Assembly (NCBI GenBank): GCA_951406725.2
Contig: OX597826.1
Coordinates: 51,522,001 to 51,586,000 of the forward strand
DNA length: 64,000 bases
DNA from: Octopus vulgaris
Lineage: Eukaryota
Reading direction: 5' to 3'
The position numbers and the translations under genes are program-made. Of this stretch, positions 38,745 through 52,667 are shown piece after piece. Below the pieces are notes generated by a model that ran no database searches, had not been told where the DNA came from, and saw only the letters and a program-made list of their open reading frames with translations. The stretch's first letter is position 1. Each line of letters starts with the position of its first letter.

Positions 38745-39285
38745 GTTTAGCGGTATTTTGTCTGCCGTTACGTTCTGAGTTCAAATTCCGCCGGGGTCGA
38801 CTTTGCCTTTCATCCTTTCGGGGTCGATAAATTAAGTACCAGTTGCGCAATGGGCTTGATGTAATCGACTTAATCCGTTAGTTTGTCCTTGTTTGTCCCC
38901 TCTGTGTTAAGCCCCCTGTGGATAGTATAGAAATAGGTATTTTGTTTGCCGTTAGGTTCTGAGTTCAAATTCCGCCGAGGTTGACTTTGCCTTTCATCCT
39001 TTCGGGGCCGATTAAATAGGTACCAGTTAAGCACTGGAGTCGATGTAATCGACTTTATCCGTTTGTCTTTCCTTGTTTGTCCTCTCTGTGTTTAGCCCTT
39101 TGTGGGTAGTAAAGAAATAGGTATTTTGCCAGCCTTTACATTCTGAGTTCAAATTCCGCCCATGTCGACTTTGCCGTTCATCTATTCGGGGTCGATAATT
39201 TAATTACCAGTTGCGTACTGTTATTGGTCTAATACGCTGCCCGCTTCCCCCAAAATCTCGGGCCTTGTGCTTAGAGTAAAAAAGA
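38745..39285 (+). repeat. Tandem trimer of the SINE family B 3' portion (184-bp period)
   Basis: Units begin at GGTATTTTG at 38752, 38936 and 39120, joined by GAAATAGGTATTT. Confidence 0.9.
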
Positions 39286-40149
39286 ATAATTATCATCGTC
39301 ATATATCTCCTTATATTTTCCTTCTAGGATTTCTACCCATTCACCTAATTCTTTTTTCCTCCCTCATCTCTTCATTTTCCCATATACAATCGCCATCCCC
39401 GTCATGATACTTATCACCGTTATCATCGCTACCATCCACGCTGCCGTTGTCACCGTCATCAGCATTAAGTTGGTTATTATGATCGTTGCTATCATTATCA
39501 ACATCATCAGCCCATTCGACTGCATTCTCTGTTTTCCGTCTTTATCGCTATTATTAGCAATGTCGCATCAAGCATTCTTGTAATCGATGCGTTGCTTTTT
39601 TTTCCAAGAACAATTTGACCGGTCAATTACTTATCAAGTTCTTTTCGGCTTAAACTGATTTTTGGCTCTTGACATTAGAGTCATTACTGATTATAGAGTC
39701 ACTGCTTGTTTCTGAAAACAATGTTTGGTAAGATGAATGTTCTGTTATATATATATAACGTATTAGTGAATAGAGGTAGCTGAAGCATTCCACATAAATT
39801 TAAGGCAGAAGTGGAAGTTTGGCATAAAGAGGAAAAATTAGCAAAATGGAACACGAAGAGAAAAATGGAAATATTTACCACGAGCATAGTCATCCCAGTA
39901 GTAAATGAGTGTTAAAATGAAAGCAATTGATAATAACAAAAAAACTGTAACTTCTTAGTAATCCATAGTGGTACAGAAAATGAGTGTAGGCACATAGGTA
40001 AGAGTATATCGATGCATAATACAAATGATTCGTCGCTAAATCTGTAGATATAATTTACAAATATGCGTATTCTTTGACAGTCACATATATTTAAATATAA
40101 ATGTTTCATATATACCTAATTAATTTTCATATGCATATGCGCACAAATT

Positions 40150-40219
40150 TAATAATAATGATAATAATAATTATTATTATTATTATAATGATGATAATAA
40201 TAATAATAATAAAAATAAA

Positions 40220-40266
<47 letters not shown>

Positions 40267-40267
40267 G

Positions 40268-40308
<41 letters not shown>

Positions 40309-40350
40309 TATTATTATTATTATTTTTATTATTATTATCATTATCATCAT

Positions 40351-40412
<62 letters not shown>
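40150..40412. repeat. (TAA)n/(TTA)n microsatellite with orientation switches
   Basis: Seen directly. Confidence 0.96.
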
Positions 40413-40676
40413 TACCTAGACCAAATTAAGGAAACCTTGATAGTGACTGTCAGGAACGAGGGAGTATTGAGAGCACTACCATCACCACCACCACCATCAC
40501 ACCACCATCGCCATTTTTGCGTGTATATATATGAAAATTATTCAGGCTTATTTAAATTGTTTCAATTACCCAAGTACCAATTATAATTATTATTGTTGTT
40601 TCTGTTATTGTTTGTGTTATTGTTATTATTATTATTGTTTGTGTTATTGTTATTATTATTATTTTACTTATTTTTA

Positions 40677-40717
<41 letters not shown>

Positions 40718-42284
40718 TTCCACTAATACATGGAAGCTTGGCCAACTGAAATTAGGAGCCAAATCACTCTCACGTCACATTCTCCTATCTTATATATTAC
40801 CATATAAAAAAACCAAAGTTCAGTGTTTTATTACTGAAATACCTTTTTATCATAGATCTACTCGATGGAGTCTGGCATGAGGATAAATAACAACATCTGC
40901 AATTGATTCCTTTCCTATAAAATTGCTTCTGTGTCTAGCGAAAAGAAATCAGATTTTGGCATTTTTTAAACAGCATAAAGGAAATTAAAACGATAATCTC
41001 GCGCACTTTTAAGATATAGACAATATTATAAGTAGATGGATTTAAATCTCATGCAGCTGGAACTTCTTAAGTGAATCTCAAGATAATCTGTTACAATTAT
41101 GTGTGGTTTCTAATTTCTTTGTTTCCAGTTTAACTTCTAGTAGTAAATATCATTTACTGTTATATTAGTTAACTATGAAAGAGCTTTAACAGTACAGTTA
41201 CCATAAGATGCCATAAAGTACAAGAACAAAGAAATATTGGTTCTTCGCTTTTCTCTCTCTTTTTCTTTTTGCGAATCAGTTGTTGAGATCTTTGATAAAA
41301 TGAACTTCTTAGACAATGGATTACTGTACGTGGCTGACTAATACAAAGAATATTGTGCCATTAACTAGGTGGCCACCAACCGCGAACGGTTGATTTCAAA
41401 GTGAACTACACCACTAATCTGCGAAGTACAAAACTAATACAAGAATATGTCGTTTGACGTTGCCTAATGAGTTTGGTCACGGTGAGTAATAGGTATATAG
41501 TGTAACCTTCCAATTGAGCATCTGTTAAAAATCCATTTCGTTTCATATATTAGATGTAATGTTCGATTATTATAGGATTAGGAATAAATCTAAGGTCGAC
41601 AATTTCGCATAGAAGAGCCATCTTATAATTATAAGTACTGGAAGCAACTAAATTTCTTGTAGTTTATAGAAAAAGATCTGCAGTAATAAAACAAAAACGT
41701 CTGTTTCATATGAGCAATACATGTATCTTTAACATAACTACGTTGTTGAAATTAATCCTTCTAGGATCGGTCACTGATGACAAATAACTGATATACAGTT
41801 CCAGAATTAGGTGCTCTTTTGATTTGGGGGAAAAAAATCCATTGTTTTAGCGGAAGAGATAGATCAAACGTATTGAAGGTATTTATTTAAAGACACATAA
41901 ATGACGTACATTCTGCGTTGTTCAGTGTCGGACTTTTATATTTAGAGGATGTCATTAATAATAGATGACTAGCAGTCTGTCGTATCTCTTAATTCATCGT
42001 TCTCTTAAATAACCACAACATTATCGATAACAATGATGAGCAAGGGAAGCCAATGCGAGTACTTATATGATTAATTACATTATTAACGTACAATGTCCAG
42101 GAAACTTACGGAAACTTCTCTCCGTATATTGTTTGTATATTTTTAGAGCCACAGTGGATTGTTTTAATATTGAGTGGGGAGATAAATGAAGCACATTAAC
42201 TTGAGCTCTTTCGATATCCTCACGCGCCCTCTCCTTATGTATGCATGTATGTATGTATGGTTGTATGTATGTAGAGTAAGTGAG

Positions 42285-42318
<34 letters not shown>

Positions 42319-42413
42319 TATATACATAAATACGCACACATAAATATATATATATATATATACATATATATATACATAGATAGATATATATACACATAAA
42401 TACACACACATAA

Positions 42414-42484
<71 letters not shown>

Positions 42485-42697
42485 GTTGAAATGTAAAGAT
42501 GAATTTTCTTGTTACAGATTATTCAAAAGTTTAACCGATACCTGGGTAGCAAAAATCACAGCAGAAAAAAACACGGTTGGAGATAAGACCATATGGTGTT
42601 GCAACCGTGCGTTGGTGCGGATAATTGAAGTTTAATATAATTAGTGAATGGAAGAAATGGAGTTGAACGAAGATTGTACAGAATTCCATTTATTACA

Positions 42698-42777
42698 TTC
42701 TACACATGTTTCAAAGGCCACAATTTTCCAAATTCTGATTAAATAAGGATACCATATTGCAGCTTTCTCTTCAGGAA
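42698..42777 (-). ncRNA. Type-I hammerhead ribozyme candidate with a canonical core, in a probable Penelope-type end (~42485-42850)
   Basis: Minus strand: TTC-CTGAAGA-GAAAGCTGCAAT-(31 nt)-ATTGTGGCCTTT-GAAAC-ATGT-GTA-GAA. Helix I is TTC/GAA, stem II pairs at 11 of 12 positions including G-U, helix III has palindromic ACATGT, the cleavage triplet is GUA, and AATAAA follows just downstream. Confidence 0.72.
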
Positions 42778-43394
42778 AAACCAGGAATTACGTTGTCAGA
42801 ACAAAACAAAACAGAGGCGCAGCAAAGCAATTCGAAAGAAAGAAAAAGATATATATATATGCCTAATTAAAGTATCATAAAAGCATGAAACCATTAATAA
42901 TATCTGCAGTTGTGTAACACATTTATACACATATAAATTCGAGGGTGATAAAGAGTACACTGTTGTGACTATTGTGAGTGATGTCCTAAATGTAGTTTAT
43001 CTAGCAGGTTATGCGTTGTATATATACTCCTGAACGATATCAGGCCTGCTGCAAGTCTTTTCTGCTGGCACAGGTTACTGCTAAGATAAATAGTTGGCTG
43101 GCGCGTTCTTCAAATTATCTCGGATAGTTTCGTTTGTTAGGGCCTCGATCATGCTCCACATTTACGTATACATGCTAATTATACCGCTTTACTTCTAAGA
43201 GTCTTATCTTCAATCTGCATACATATATGCATACATAAGTTCGAGCATATACGCAGTTTTCTTACATACATGCATATACTAATGCATATATAAATCCATC
43301 CTTCTATTTACCAATCAATGTATGCATATACAGTCCTGCGGATGCGAATAATACTGAGAAAATTAGTGAGATGGCAGATATTGATAGACAAAGG

Positions 43395-43628
43395 GTATAG
43401 GAGTGGGTGTGTGGTAAGAAGTTTGCCTCCCATGCACATGGTTCCGGGTTCAGTCCCACTGCGTGGCACCTTGGGCAAGTGACTTCTACTATTGCTTCGG
43501 ACCGACTAATGCCTTGTCGGTGGATTTAATAGACAGAAAATAAAAGAAGCTCGTCGTATATATATATATTATATATATGGTACTTAATCCATTGAAATCT
43601 TTTGCCGAACTGCTAAGTTACTGTCATC

Positions 43629-43672
<44 letters not shown>

Positions 43673-43910
43673 AGTGTGTGTATGTATACAGACACGCACG
43701 CACACATACATGTACGTATTTTGTGTCTGTGTTCGTCCCCCACCGCTTGACAACCGGTGTTGGTGTGTTTACGTCTCCGTAACGTAGCAGTTGGGCAACA
43801 ATGACCGATAGAATATGTAATAGGCATAAAAAAAGTTCGTAGGTTCAAATTACTTGATTAAAACACTTCAAGGAGGTGCCCCAGCATGATCGCAATCAAA
43901 TGATTAGATA
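43395..43910 (+). mobile_element. Diverged SINE family A copy
   Basis: Head AGGAGTGGGTGTGTGGTAAG…GGTTCAGTCCC, internal microsatellite with a small inverted family A piece, and tail CCCCAGCATGATCGCAATCAAATGA. Confidence 0.85.
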
Positions 43911-44215
43911 AGAGAAAATGTTTCGAAAATTACAGCTTCTCTACTCCGATTATATATTCACATTTATATCCATAATAATTGGTGCAATTAGTTTTCGTAA
44001 TGAATCTTCCTTTTACCTTTTACTTGTTTCATTATTAGACTGCGGCCATGCTGGAAAATTGGCTTGAAGAATTTTTATTCCAATCAATCGAAGGAAGTTA
44101 TTTTTCGTTGAGACTTGTAATTAATCCATCGACCGCTTATGCCTAACTGCTAAGATACTGTTCCCTAAAACACGAACATCTATTGTCAAGTGGTGGTGAG
44201 GAGGCCTCCCCCATA

Positions 44216-44282
<67 letters not shown>

Positions 44283-46492
44283 GAAGACGGCCACACATGC
44301 CCCCCACTACGCCTATAAATGTTTAAGATATATTGTCGTGAAGTTAAGATTTTCCGGTAAAGAAACCGACTAATTAGAAAATAGTTTATAACTACAACCC
44401 CGAAGCGGAATAATGAATATATGTAAGATTTAAAAAAAAAGTTCTACGTATAACTCTTTTCCTCTTATTTATTTTCATTTCTTTTACAAGAAAATATCAA
44501 TGGTAGAAGTGTTTCGTAAGAGATGCAACTTCTCGCTCATTGAAAGAATTTAAAGAATTAAAAAGCAAAGAAACGTACATATGTAGATCTCTGTTCTTCC
44601 ACATACAAACACACACATACACACGTACATTTGCATATATATATTTCTTCATATATAATTATATAATACCAATACATATCTATATAGCTAAATGTACATA
44701 TCGTTCAACACACACACACATACACACATGCATAAAGACATACATCTATATGTATGTAAATACACGCACACTCACATATGTATCTATAGCATAAATTCTT
44801 TAAAACATTATTTTATTTCTTCATCATTAGTCATTTTCAAATACCATTTCATATAATAGAATGATATTTTAACAAAATGGTGAAGTAGAGTATCTTTATG
44901 AATGGGATTATTTCTTCTTCGTGTTTTTCTATGAGACTGGCATTCCATTTTTAAGACACTAGTTTTAATTTCTTTTATTTTTTAATAAAAAAAGTCTCTT
45001 CCTTTCCATGGTGTCGAAATATTTTAACAATTGTAGATATTATTTCAATGATTTAATTATTCTCTGAAGTATCAAGCAGTCATGTTCAATTTAAAATAAC
45101 CTAGTTCAATTGGCACAGCAGATTACTTATCAGTTAATTAAGAAAAACTGACTCTAAAACACATATTTTTTTCTATTTAGAGATCTTAGAAATCTTGAAA
45201 TTAATATTCTTGCGCTGTTATTTTCATGGTACAATACAGTCAAGGGTGGTTACGCAGAGGACACTTTCCAGAACCTCGAAGACTGTGTGAAGGAAGACCG
45301 GTGTTTGGAGCAAATTCAATCAAAACGATGGATTCCGATAAAACTCCCAAGGGCCAGCTGGTTGTGTTGAACAATTGATAGGCTAAAACAGGAGTAGAAG
45401 CCGTCGATTCCAAGGTTATGGTCAAGCTGAGGCCACGATAGAAGTTACTTGCTCAAGGTATAGCTAAGTGACAGGACGGAACCCGTCAACCATCCGGTTG
45501 CGAAGCCAACTTTTAAAACCCAAAACTTTTTTGATGCCCATAATTCTTCGTTTCTTTTCATCAGCACATAAACCTCACGCACTCACACAAACAATAACAA
45601 TTTTAGTAGATAGATGTTGTTACTGTTTGCACCAGTGCTTAGCAGATTATCATTAAGATTATGCAGACCTATAATCGAAATCGTTTCGACTGTGATCTAC
45701 CAAAATTTGTTTTCGGATATAGCTTGTATGGAATTTCATAATGCAAAGTTTTCGTTTTGTAACTAAAGACAGTAGGGATCAATTTATGAGAGATAGTTTG
45801 AAGTGTAAGCGTCAACGTAAACTTTCCATTATTAGATCGGTGAGAGATGTAATATATGCGCTTCAGCATTTTACTTTACTTCTTTTGCATTGGCTAGAAA
45901 ATAGGCAATATTACTATTTGCAATCAGATATAATTACAACATTTCATTTACATTATACGCCATACTACAAATCTGCAATTATTAACTATCTGCTTTGCAA
46001 TAATTTTACACTATACATGTAGAGCCTATCGCTCAGCTGTCACACTTTTTTTGTCTTTCTTGAATATAATTCAATTAGGACACTAACCAAGTAAGTAGCT
46101 AGCAAAGAGATTGCGAAGCTGTTAAAGATTCTTCGTGAACATGAAATCGTTCATCCGTCAATGATTATTCATTTAAACAAAGGAGAGTTAGTCTGAAATC
46201 GGTCTTGGCGTAAAGAGATAACTACGCGTTACAGACAACCAACCAATTAATATTTTTCACTTTTATGTGTATATAATGTGTCTGTGTACATATAAGGATG
46301 ATTTTGGTAATCTTAACTCAGTATTAGCGCCGATTTCTTTCTTTCAAAATCCGATTGCTTTATATATAACGTACTAGAAACGTTATTATAGATTTTTGAA
46401 ATTTTTGGTATTTCTATATATAGAGGTAAAATAAACCAAATGTATGCATTGGCAGGTGATTTATTCCCTATTATTTACGCAGAACTAATATT

Positions 46493-47642
46493 TCGGTAGT
46501 CAGTTTGCCCTCCTTTTGCAGAATTAAGGGCTTCTACACGTTGAGGCCTGCACAAATCCTTGATTCTGTCCGAATGGAACCAAACTTGTATGAGGTGCCC
46601 AGTAAGGAAGCATTTGATTGTAATAGGGGATTGTTGTATTTTCTCTTTCACCAGACACTATAGTCTCTCAGTTGGATTCATGTTGAGTAAATTTCCTGGC
46701 CATGGAAGTACGTTATTATGTTCAGCGAACCATGTCTTTACCGATTTTGTTGTATGGCATGGTGCCGAGTCACGTTGTAATATCCAAGGCCTTTCTCCGT
46801 ACTATTCCCGTACTTGTGGTATTAGTCTACATGTATGTACCTAAGTAAGTAAGTCTCTTGGTTTACAGAACCTTCAATTATTTTCAGGCAGAAATTGTCC
46901 CCCAAGCATAATCTTCTGTGGAAATTTTAGTGTTTTTCGAAGACACTCCGGACGAAATTCCTCACTAGGCCTCCTTCTCACACTTTGCACCCAATCATCG
47001 AGCACAGCTATGGTGGATTCATCTGAAGACACCAATTGAAAACCATATTTGATTAATAGGGCATCCAGAATAAGTTATTGTTTCAGTTTATGACAATCAG
47101 AAATTAATAGCTATGTTAAAACGATCCTTTTGATAACTGAAATCAGTAGTAACATCTTATTTTATCAATATCATATTTTATCATGGATACAATACATAAA
47201 CACTCTAATCCACTACTTTAGGTTGTCTTACCTCCTCCCATTGCTTAGAAGTCTATGCAATATGACTTTTAGCCTGTGCAGGGTCTTTTCCTTTGGACGA
47301 TATGCGTGTAATCCACCTTCCAAAAGTCTGTTGTAAGTTGTTTTTCGATGCACAGTGATGTTCTGTTCCATTAATTCGCGGGAAATCTTACTACAAGATT
47401 CTCTTCTATTGTTGATAGAAATTCTTTTTATTTTTCTATCAATCCTAGGGGTTGTTACTCGTTTCCTACCGCTGTTACCAAGCCTTTTTGCTATCAAATC
47501 CTCGTTCTTTTCCATTTTTTCCTAATTGTATTAATTTTCTGAGTTGAAACATTTAGTTTCTTTGCAATTTCTCTCTGTTTAAATGAGGTATCCCTCAAAT
47601 ACACTTATATTTTATGGGGACTTAGATCTCTTTGTTTACCCG
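46493..47642 (-). pseudogene. Decayed Tc1-family (DDE, Minos-like) transposase with an apparent intron at 47036-47231
   Basis: (ACG)GKQRDLSP…KQREIAKKLNVS, GRKRVTTPRIDRKIKR (ORF 47228-47515), AKSHIA*TSKQWEE | LVSSDES, CLRKTLKFPQKIM, IEGSVNQETY, QRDSAPCHTTKSVKTWF, VLPWPGNLLNMNPTE, AKGGQTDY. The D-to-E spacing is 33 residues as read here. Confidence 0.92.
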
Positions 47643-47840
47643 TCTTGGCCTGGAATTGAAATAACACGTTATTTATACTTTAAGTGCAACTTACTACATG
47701 AATTTGTAACTAATACAACATAGAGTAACTAAACAAATCATTAGAAAACAAACAAGCACCCTACACCGACCACTACTCGACTAAAACTGAAGGAAACGTG
47801 GGCTGCAGCCGCTGAGTTGTATAATGCAATTTAGTGTTGT

Positions 47841-47991
47841 CATACAACAGAAACTCATTATTGTCAGATGTTACTAGAAATCCGTATAAGGCGTAGCTAA
47901 AATCGAAGTTAGAGAATGTACAGCCATAAAACAGAAGCTCATTATTGCAAGATGTCACTAGAAATCCCTATAAATCGAAGTTAGAGAATGT
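47841..47991. repeat. Degenerate direct duplication (~84-bp period) upstream of the Tc1 ORF
   Basis: CATACAACAGAAACTCATTATTGTCAGATGTTACTAGAAATCC…AAATCGAAGTTAGAGAATGT is repeated from 47925 with a small deletion. Confidence 0.85.
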
Positions 47992-48035
47992 GAAAATTAA
48001 TGATTAAACTTATTTGTTTCATTTAAGTAACCAAG

Positions 48036-48476
<441 letters not shown>

Positions 48477-48491
48477 TGTGTGTGTGTATAA

Positions 48492-48780
48492 AGGAGCACT
48501 TCGTCGGTTACGACGACGAGGGTCCCAGCTGATACAATCAATGGAACAGCTTGCTCGTGATATTATTGTGCAAGTGGCTGAGCACTCCACAGACACCTGT
48601 ACCCTTAATGTAGTTCTCAGGAAGATTCAGAGTGACACAGAGTGAGATAAGGCTGGCCCCCTTGAAACGCAGGTACTAGCTGAGTGGACTGCCAGCATCG
48701 TGAAATAAAGTGTCTAACTGAAGGATACAACGTGTCGCCGGTAATTAAATTCATGACCTTACGATCGTGTGCCGAATGCA
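48492..48780 (-). mobile_element. Fourth SINE-like repeat (family D), decayed
   Basis: GC-richer repeat-like block whose right end (…GTCGCCGGTAATTAAATTCATGACCTTACGATCGTGTGCCGAATGC) resembles a reversed tRNA head. A related decayed piece lies at ~8283-8408. Confidence 0.6.
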
Positions 48781-49752
48781 AATCAATGATGGAAAACATT
48801 CGAGCCAGAATATCATCTTCTTTTTATGTGATATTGTATAACTGGTTATTACCAAATGTGTTCCTCCATCGAACAAATAAAGGTTTTTTTTTAAAGGGTG
48901 GTCATTGAGATTTGAATGCTATATCTGATTGGGCGAGCGACAACATAAAAGCTTCCCGTTTTGTCTGTTCATGGCGTATTGCTCAAGTCCAAGTACTCTT
49001 CCAATGAAACTTAAGACCATATTATAAATCTCATCACAATCAGCTACTATATTAAAAAAATCCCAACAAGTCCAGAGTTTGTCATGATGTGCGATAAAAC
49101 AAATAAAGCTAGTGTAAAAAGAACAGATGTTATAGAATTTTAACCTGCTCTCTTGACAATATTCGTGTTGTAACTTCTTGAAAAATTTTCAGTAAATTTT
49201 TGAAGATCTAGATACTCCTTATGCTCAAAATTTATACTAGATTGGCCATAATTTATGGAGGGATTTTTAAACAAAAGAGATTAAATTATGCTTCATGTTT
49301 TGAATGTGTAATTATCATATCTTGGCGCGTGCGCGATGAAGAGATTGTTAAGCTGATTGTTTATGAACTTACGTTTGTGAGAATTCAAAACTCCTGAAGA
49401 CAATTTATTAGGTTTGTGTTATATTATTTAGTTATGTGGTGCGCAGTTCACATGATTGTCGGGAATAAACATCAACTATGCTTAGATTTATTCCAGTCTA
49501 TCTAGAAAAGCAAGGAACTATTACTCCATATTCCGTATTTAAGGTGTTGTACTTTACTAACTAGAAAAATTCTAAGGAACACAAAAATGTTTTAGAATCC
49601 AACCATTAAAACATGTTAAGAAACTGGAATACAGTTGGTATCATAAAATATATATTCAAACGCCCTAGTAGTTTGATATATGTACGTATGTCTGTGAGAG
49701 TATATATGCATGCTTATATGTATATAAATGTGTATACATGATGACACACACA

Positions 49753-50192
<440 letters not shown>

Positions 50193-50689
50193 AATGTCTG
50201 TCTTTCTACAAACATACATATATGTACATGCACACATATGCTCTTATATGTATTGAAAGTAAATGAATCTGTCGGTTTCGCTGATATAGTACGCAGTTAT
50301 TCAATAACTTCGCTATTTGTTAATACAATGGATGGATTTATTCTTTAATGTTCTGAAATTGAATCAGTGTCACTCATTGTGTAATAAGGATGGATCTTTG
50401 GATTAGAGAGCATAGTTCTTCGAGTGGGCTTCCGCATAATCTCACTCCCTCTCCCAATTTTTGTCAAAAGACTTATGGTGAAAAAGAAAAAAAAACTTGA
50501 TTAAGATGTCATACAATAAGATCAAACCTGTACTACGGGATTGTGGAGTAAACTTCTTAACCCTCCGGCTTATGTTACATTTACATGCACACATTTATAG
50601 AAATTACTGAACTATTCACAACAAATACTCAACTTCAAAACAAGGCATCAACCAACAGTAACCTGTGAGGTAATATTTATCGTCAGTTA

Positions 50690-50905
50690 AAGGCAGCGGG
50701 CTGGCAGAATCGTTACAATCTCGGGAAAAATGCTTAGCGGCATTTCGCCCATCTTCACGTTCTAAATGCCAATTCCACTGAGGTCGACTTTGACTTTCAT
50801 TATTTCGGGGGTCAATAAATGAGTACCAGTTGAACACTGGGGTCGGACTTATCAACTCGTCCTCTCCTCAGAAATTTCTGGCCCTGTGCTAAAATTTGAA
50901 ATCAA
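50690..50905 (+). mobile_element. Degenerate SINE family B variant
   Basis: AGGCAGCGGGCTGGCAGAATCGTTA…GAGGTCGACTTTG…GAGTACCAGTTGAACACTGGGGTCG. Confidence 0.82.
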
Positions 50906-50931
50906 TATTTATTCCTACTTAAACGTGGATG

Positions 50932-51478
50932 GGATCTTTTCGGTTTGAACGTCAGTTTTTAACATAATTTCTAGGTAACTAAAAAATTTTAAACTTCGTA
51001 TACTGGTAGAATGTGTCTATAAAACATCTTTTTCTTTTGGCTTTATTGAGAAAATTCTATAGTTTTTTTTCTAGCGGTGTCATATGAAATTGTCACCCAT
51101 AATTATGACCCTCGTATCGATCTATTGCATTTTAATCTATTTTAGATTTAGGGTTAGTTAGGGTTAGGGGTAGGATTAGGGGTGGGGGAAGGGTGTCTTT
51201 TTTTCTTCACAAATGTAAATAAACCAAATCTGTTTCTTAAACGAGGGACATATTCATACGGCACAGAATGTTTTCACCTCAATAGACGGTCATTGATTGG
51301 TTGAAATTGCCGAAATGCAAGAAATTAAAGACCAAATATCTTACAAACTATAGAATTTTCTCAATAAAGCCAAGAGAAAAAGATGTTTTATAAACACATT
51401 CTACCAGTATACGAAGTTTAAAATTTGTTAGTTACCTAGAAATTATGTTATAAGCCGCCGTTCAAACCGAAAAGATCC
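50932..51478. mobile_element. Non-autonomous DNA transposon (MITE) with ~135-bp TIRs, 8-bp TSD and an internal TTAGGG-like tract
   Basis: TIRs 50932-51065 and 51345-51478 (GGATCTTTTCGGTTTGAACG… / …CGTTCAAACCGAAAAGATCC). TSD CGTGGATG (50924-50931) / CGTGGCTG (51479-51486). TTAGGG variants at ~51148-51182. Confidence 0.9.
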
Positions 51479-51782
51479 CGTGGCTGTTCTGTTGGAGCAA
51501 ACTATACTGCAGTAGATACCATGAGAGAAACTCACGTATTGGCTTTCGGTGTAAAATGCACTCTTCTTTATATGGGCAACAGGGAGACAAATCTCCACCA
51601 CATCCAGTGCCACATTTAAGTGGGGATAAATTTTACAGCTCGGTATTAATATTACCTCTGTTGCTAATACACGCACACACACACACACACACATATATAT
51701 ATCTTTATATTTCATATTGATCTGTATATATCTTTAACTTATAGTAATGTATTGTGTTCTCTTTCCCTTTAATTAAAATAAA

Positions 51783-51904
51783 TTCTCTTTACTCTTTTGC
51801 AGGTGAGTTAACTTTCTTCCAAATTGGTTCCATTTTCTTTATCAATATCCCGATATATTCATGGATTTACACGGTACGACGCGTTTGATATTTGCAAGGT
51901 AAAT
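51783..51904 (+). promoter_or_regulatory. Candidate recursive splice site (3'ss fused to 5'ss) with a 96-nt poison exon
   Basis: TTCTCTTTACTCTTTTGCAG|GTGAGT (AG at 51801-51802) and a downstream donor CAAG|GTAAAT at 51899. The segment between has stops in all three frames. Confidence 0.5.
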
Positions 51905-52209
51905 ATATGTATAATTAATTAAGAAAATACTTTGCTTTGATTTTTCAAAGTGTAAGTGTTAATTACTTAATACCGGGCCTGAATATTAAAACACAAAAGG
52001 AAATTGCTGCAGCTATCCAACATATGCACGCACACACTATCCACCTATACATTTTTATACATACACACACAAACACATGCAAACACACACACATATATCT
52101 ACAAAATATGTATGAATATATGTATGTGTATGTGTGTGTTGTTTTTTATTATTTCTAAAACACTTTTTCACATGTATATGTTTCTGCATTTAGTGCCCAT
52201 ACACAGAGA

Positions 52210-52285
<76 letters not shown>

Positions 52286-52667
52286 TTAGAAAAGGAAAAT
52301 ACACATATTTTACATAGTTTATTATCAATTTTAATATATCGATCGGTTTCGATTTTGCTATTCATGATTTATGGTTTACTTATTTGAATATGTCTTTTCT
52401 TGTTTGTGATGATATTTACGACTGAATGACTTCGCAAGTAGAAAAATAAGGGGAGGTAATTGGTTATCGTATATATTGTTGTTGTGGGCAACTGTTCAGC
52501 TTTCGATAAGGGTAGGGAAATATATATGTACACACACACACAAAAAAAAAGGCTTCGAAAAACTTGTTTAGTGAGTGGATTTATGTACAGTGATATAATC
52601 GTGAATTGAAACCGGGAAACCAGGCCCATAACCATGGTTAGGCTTTAAAAGGGCGCATATATTTAGT

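Noticed and set aside
38745-39285. Regularly spaced repeats as a CRISPR-like array
   Set aside because: The units are whole SINE segments with no unique spacers, and the context is eukaryotic.
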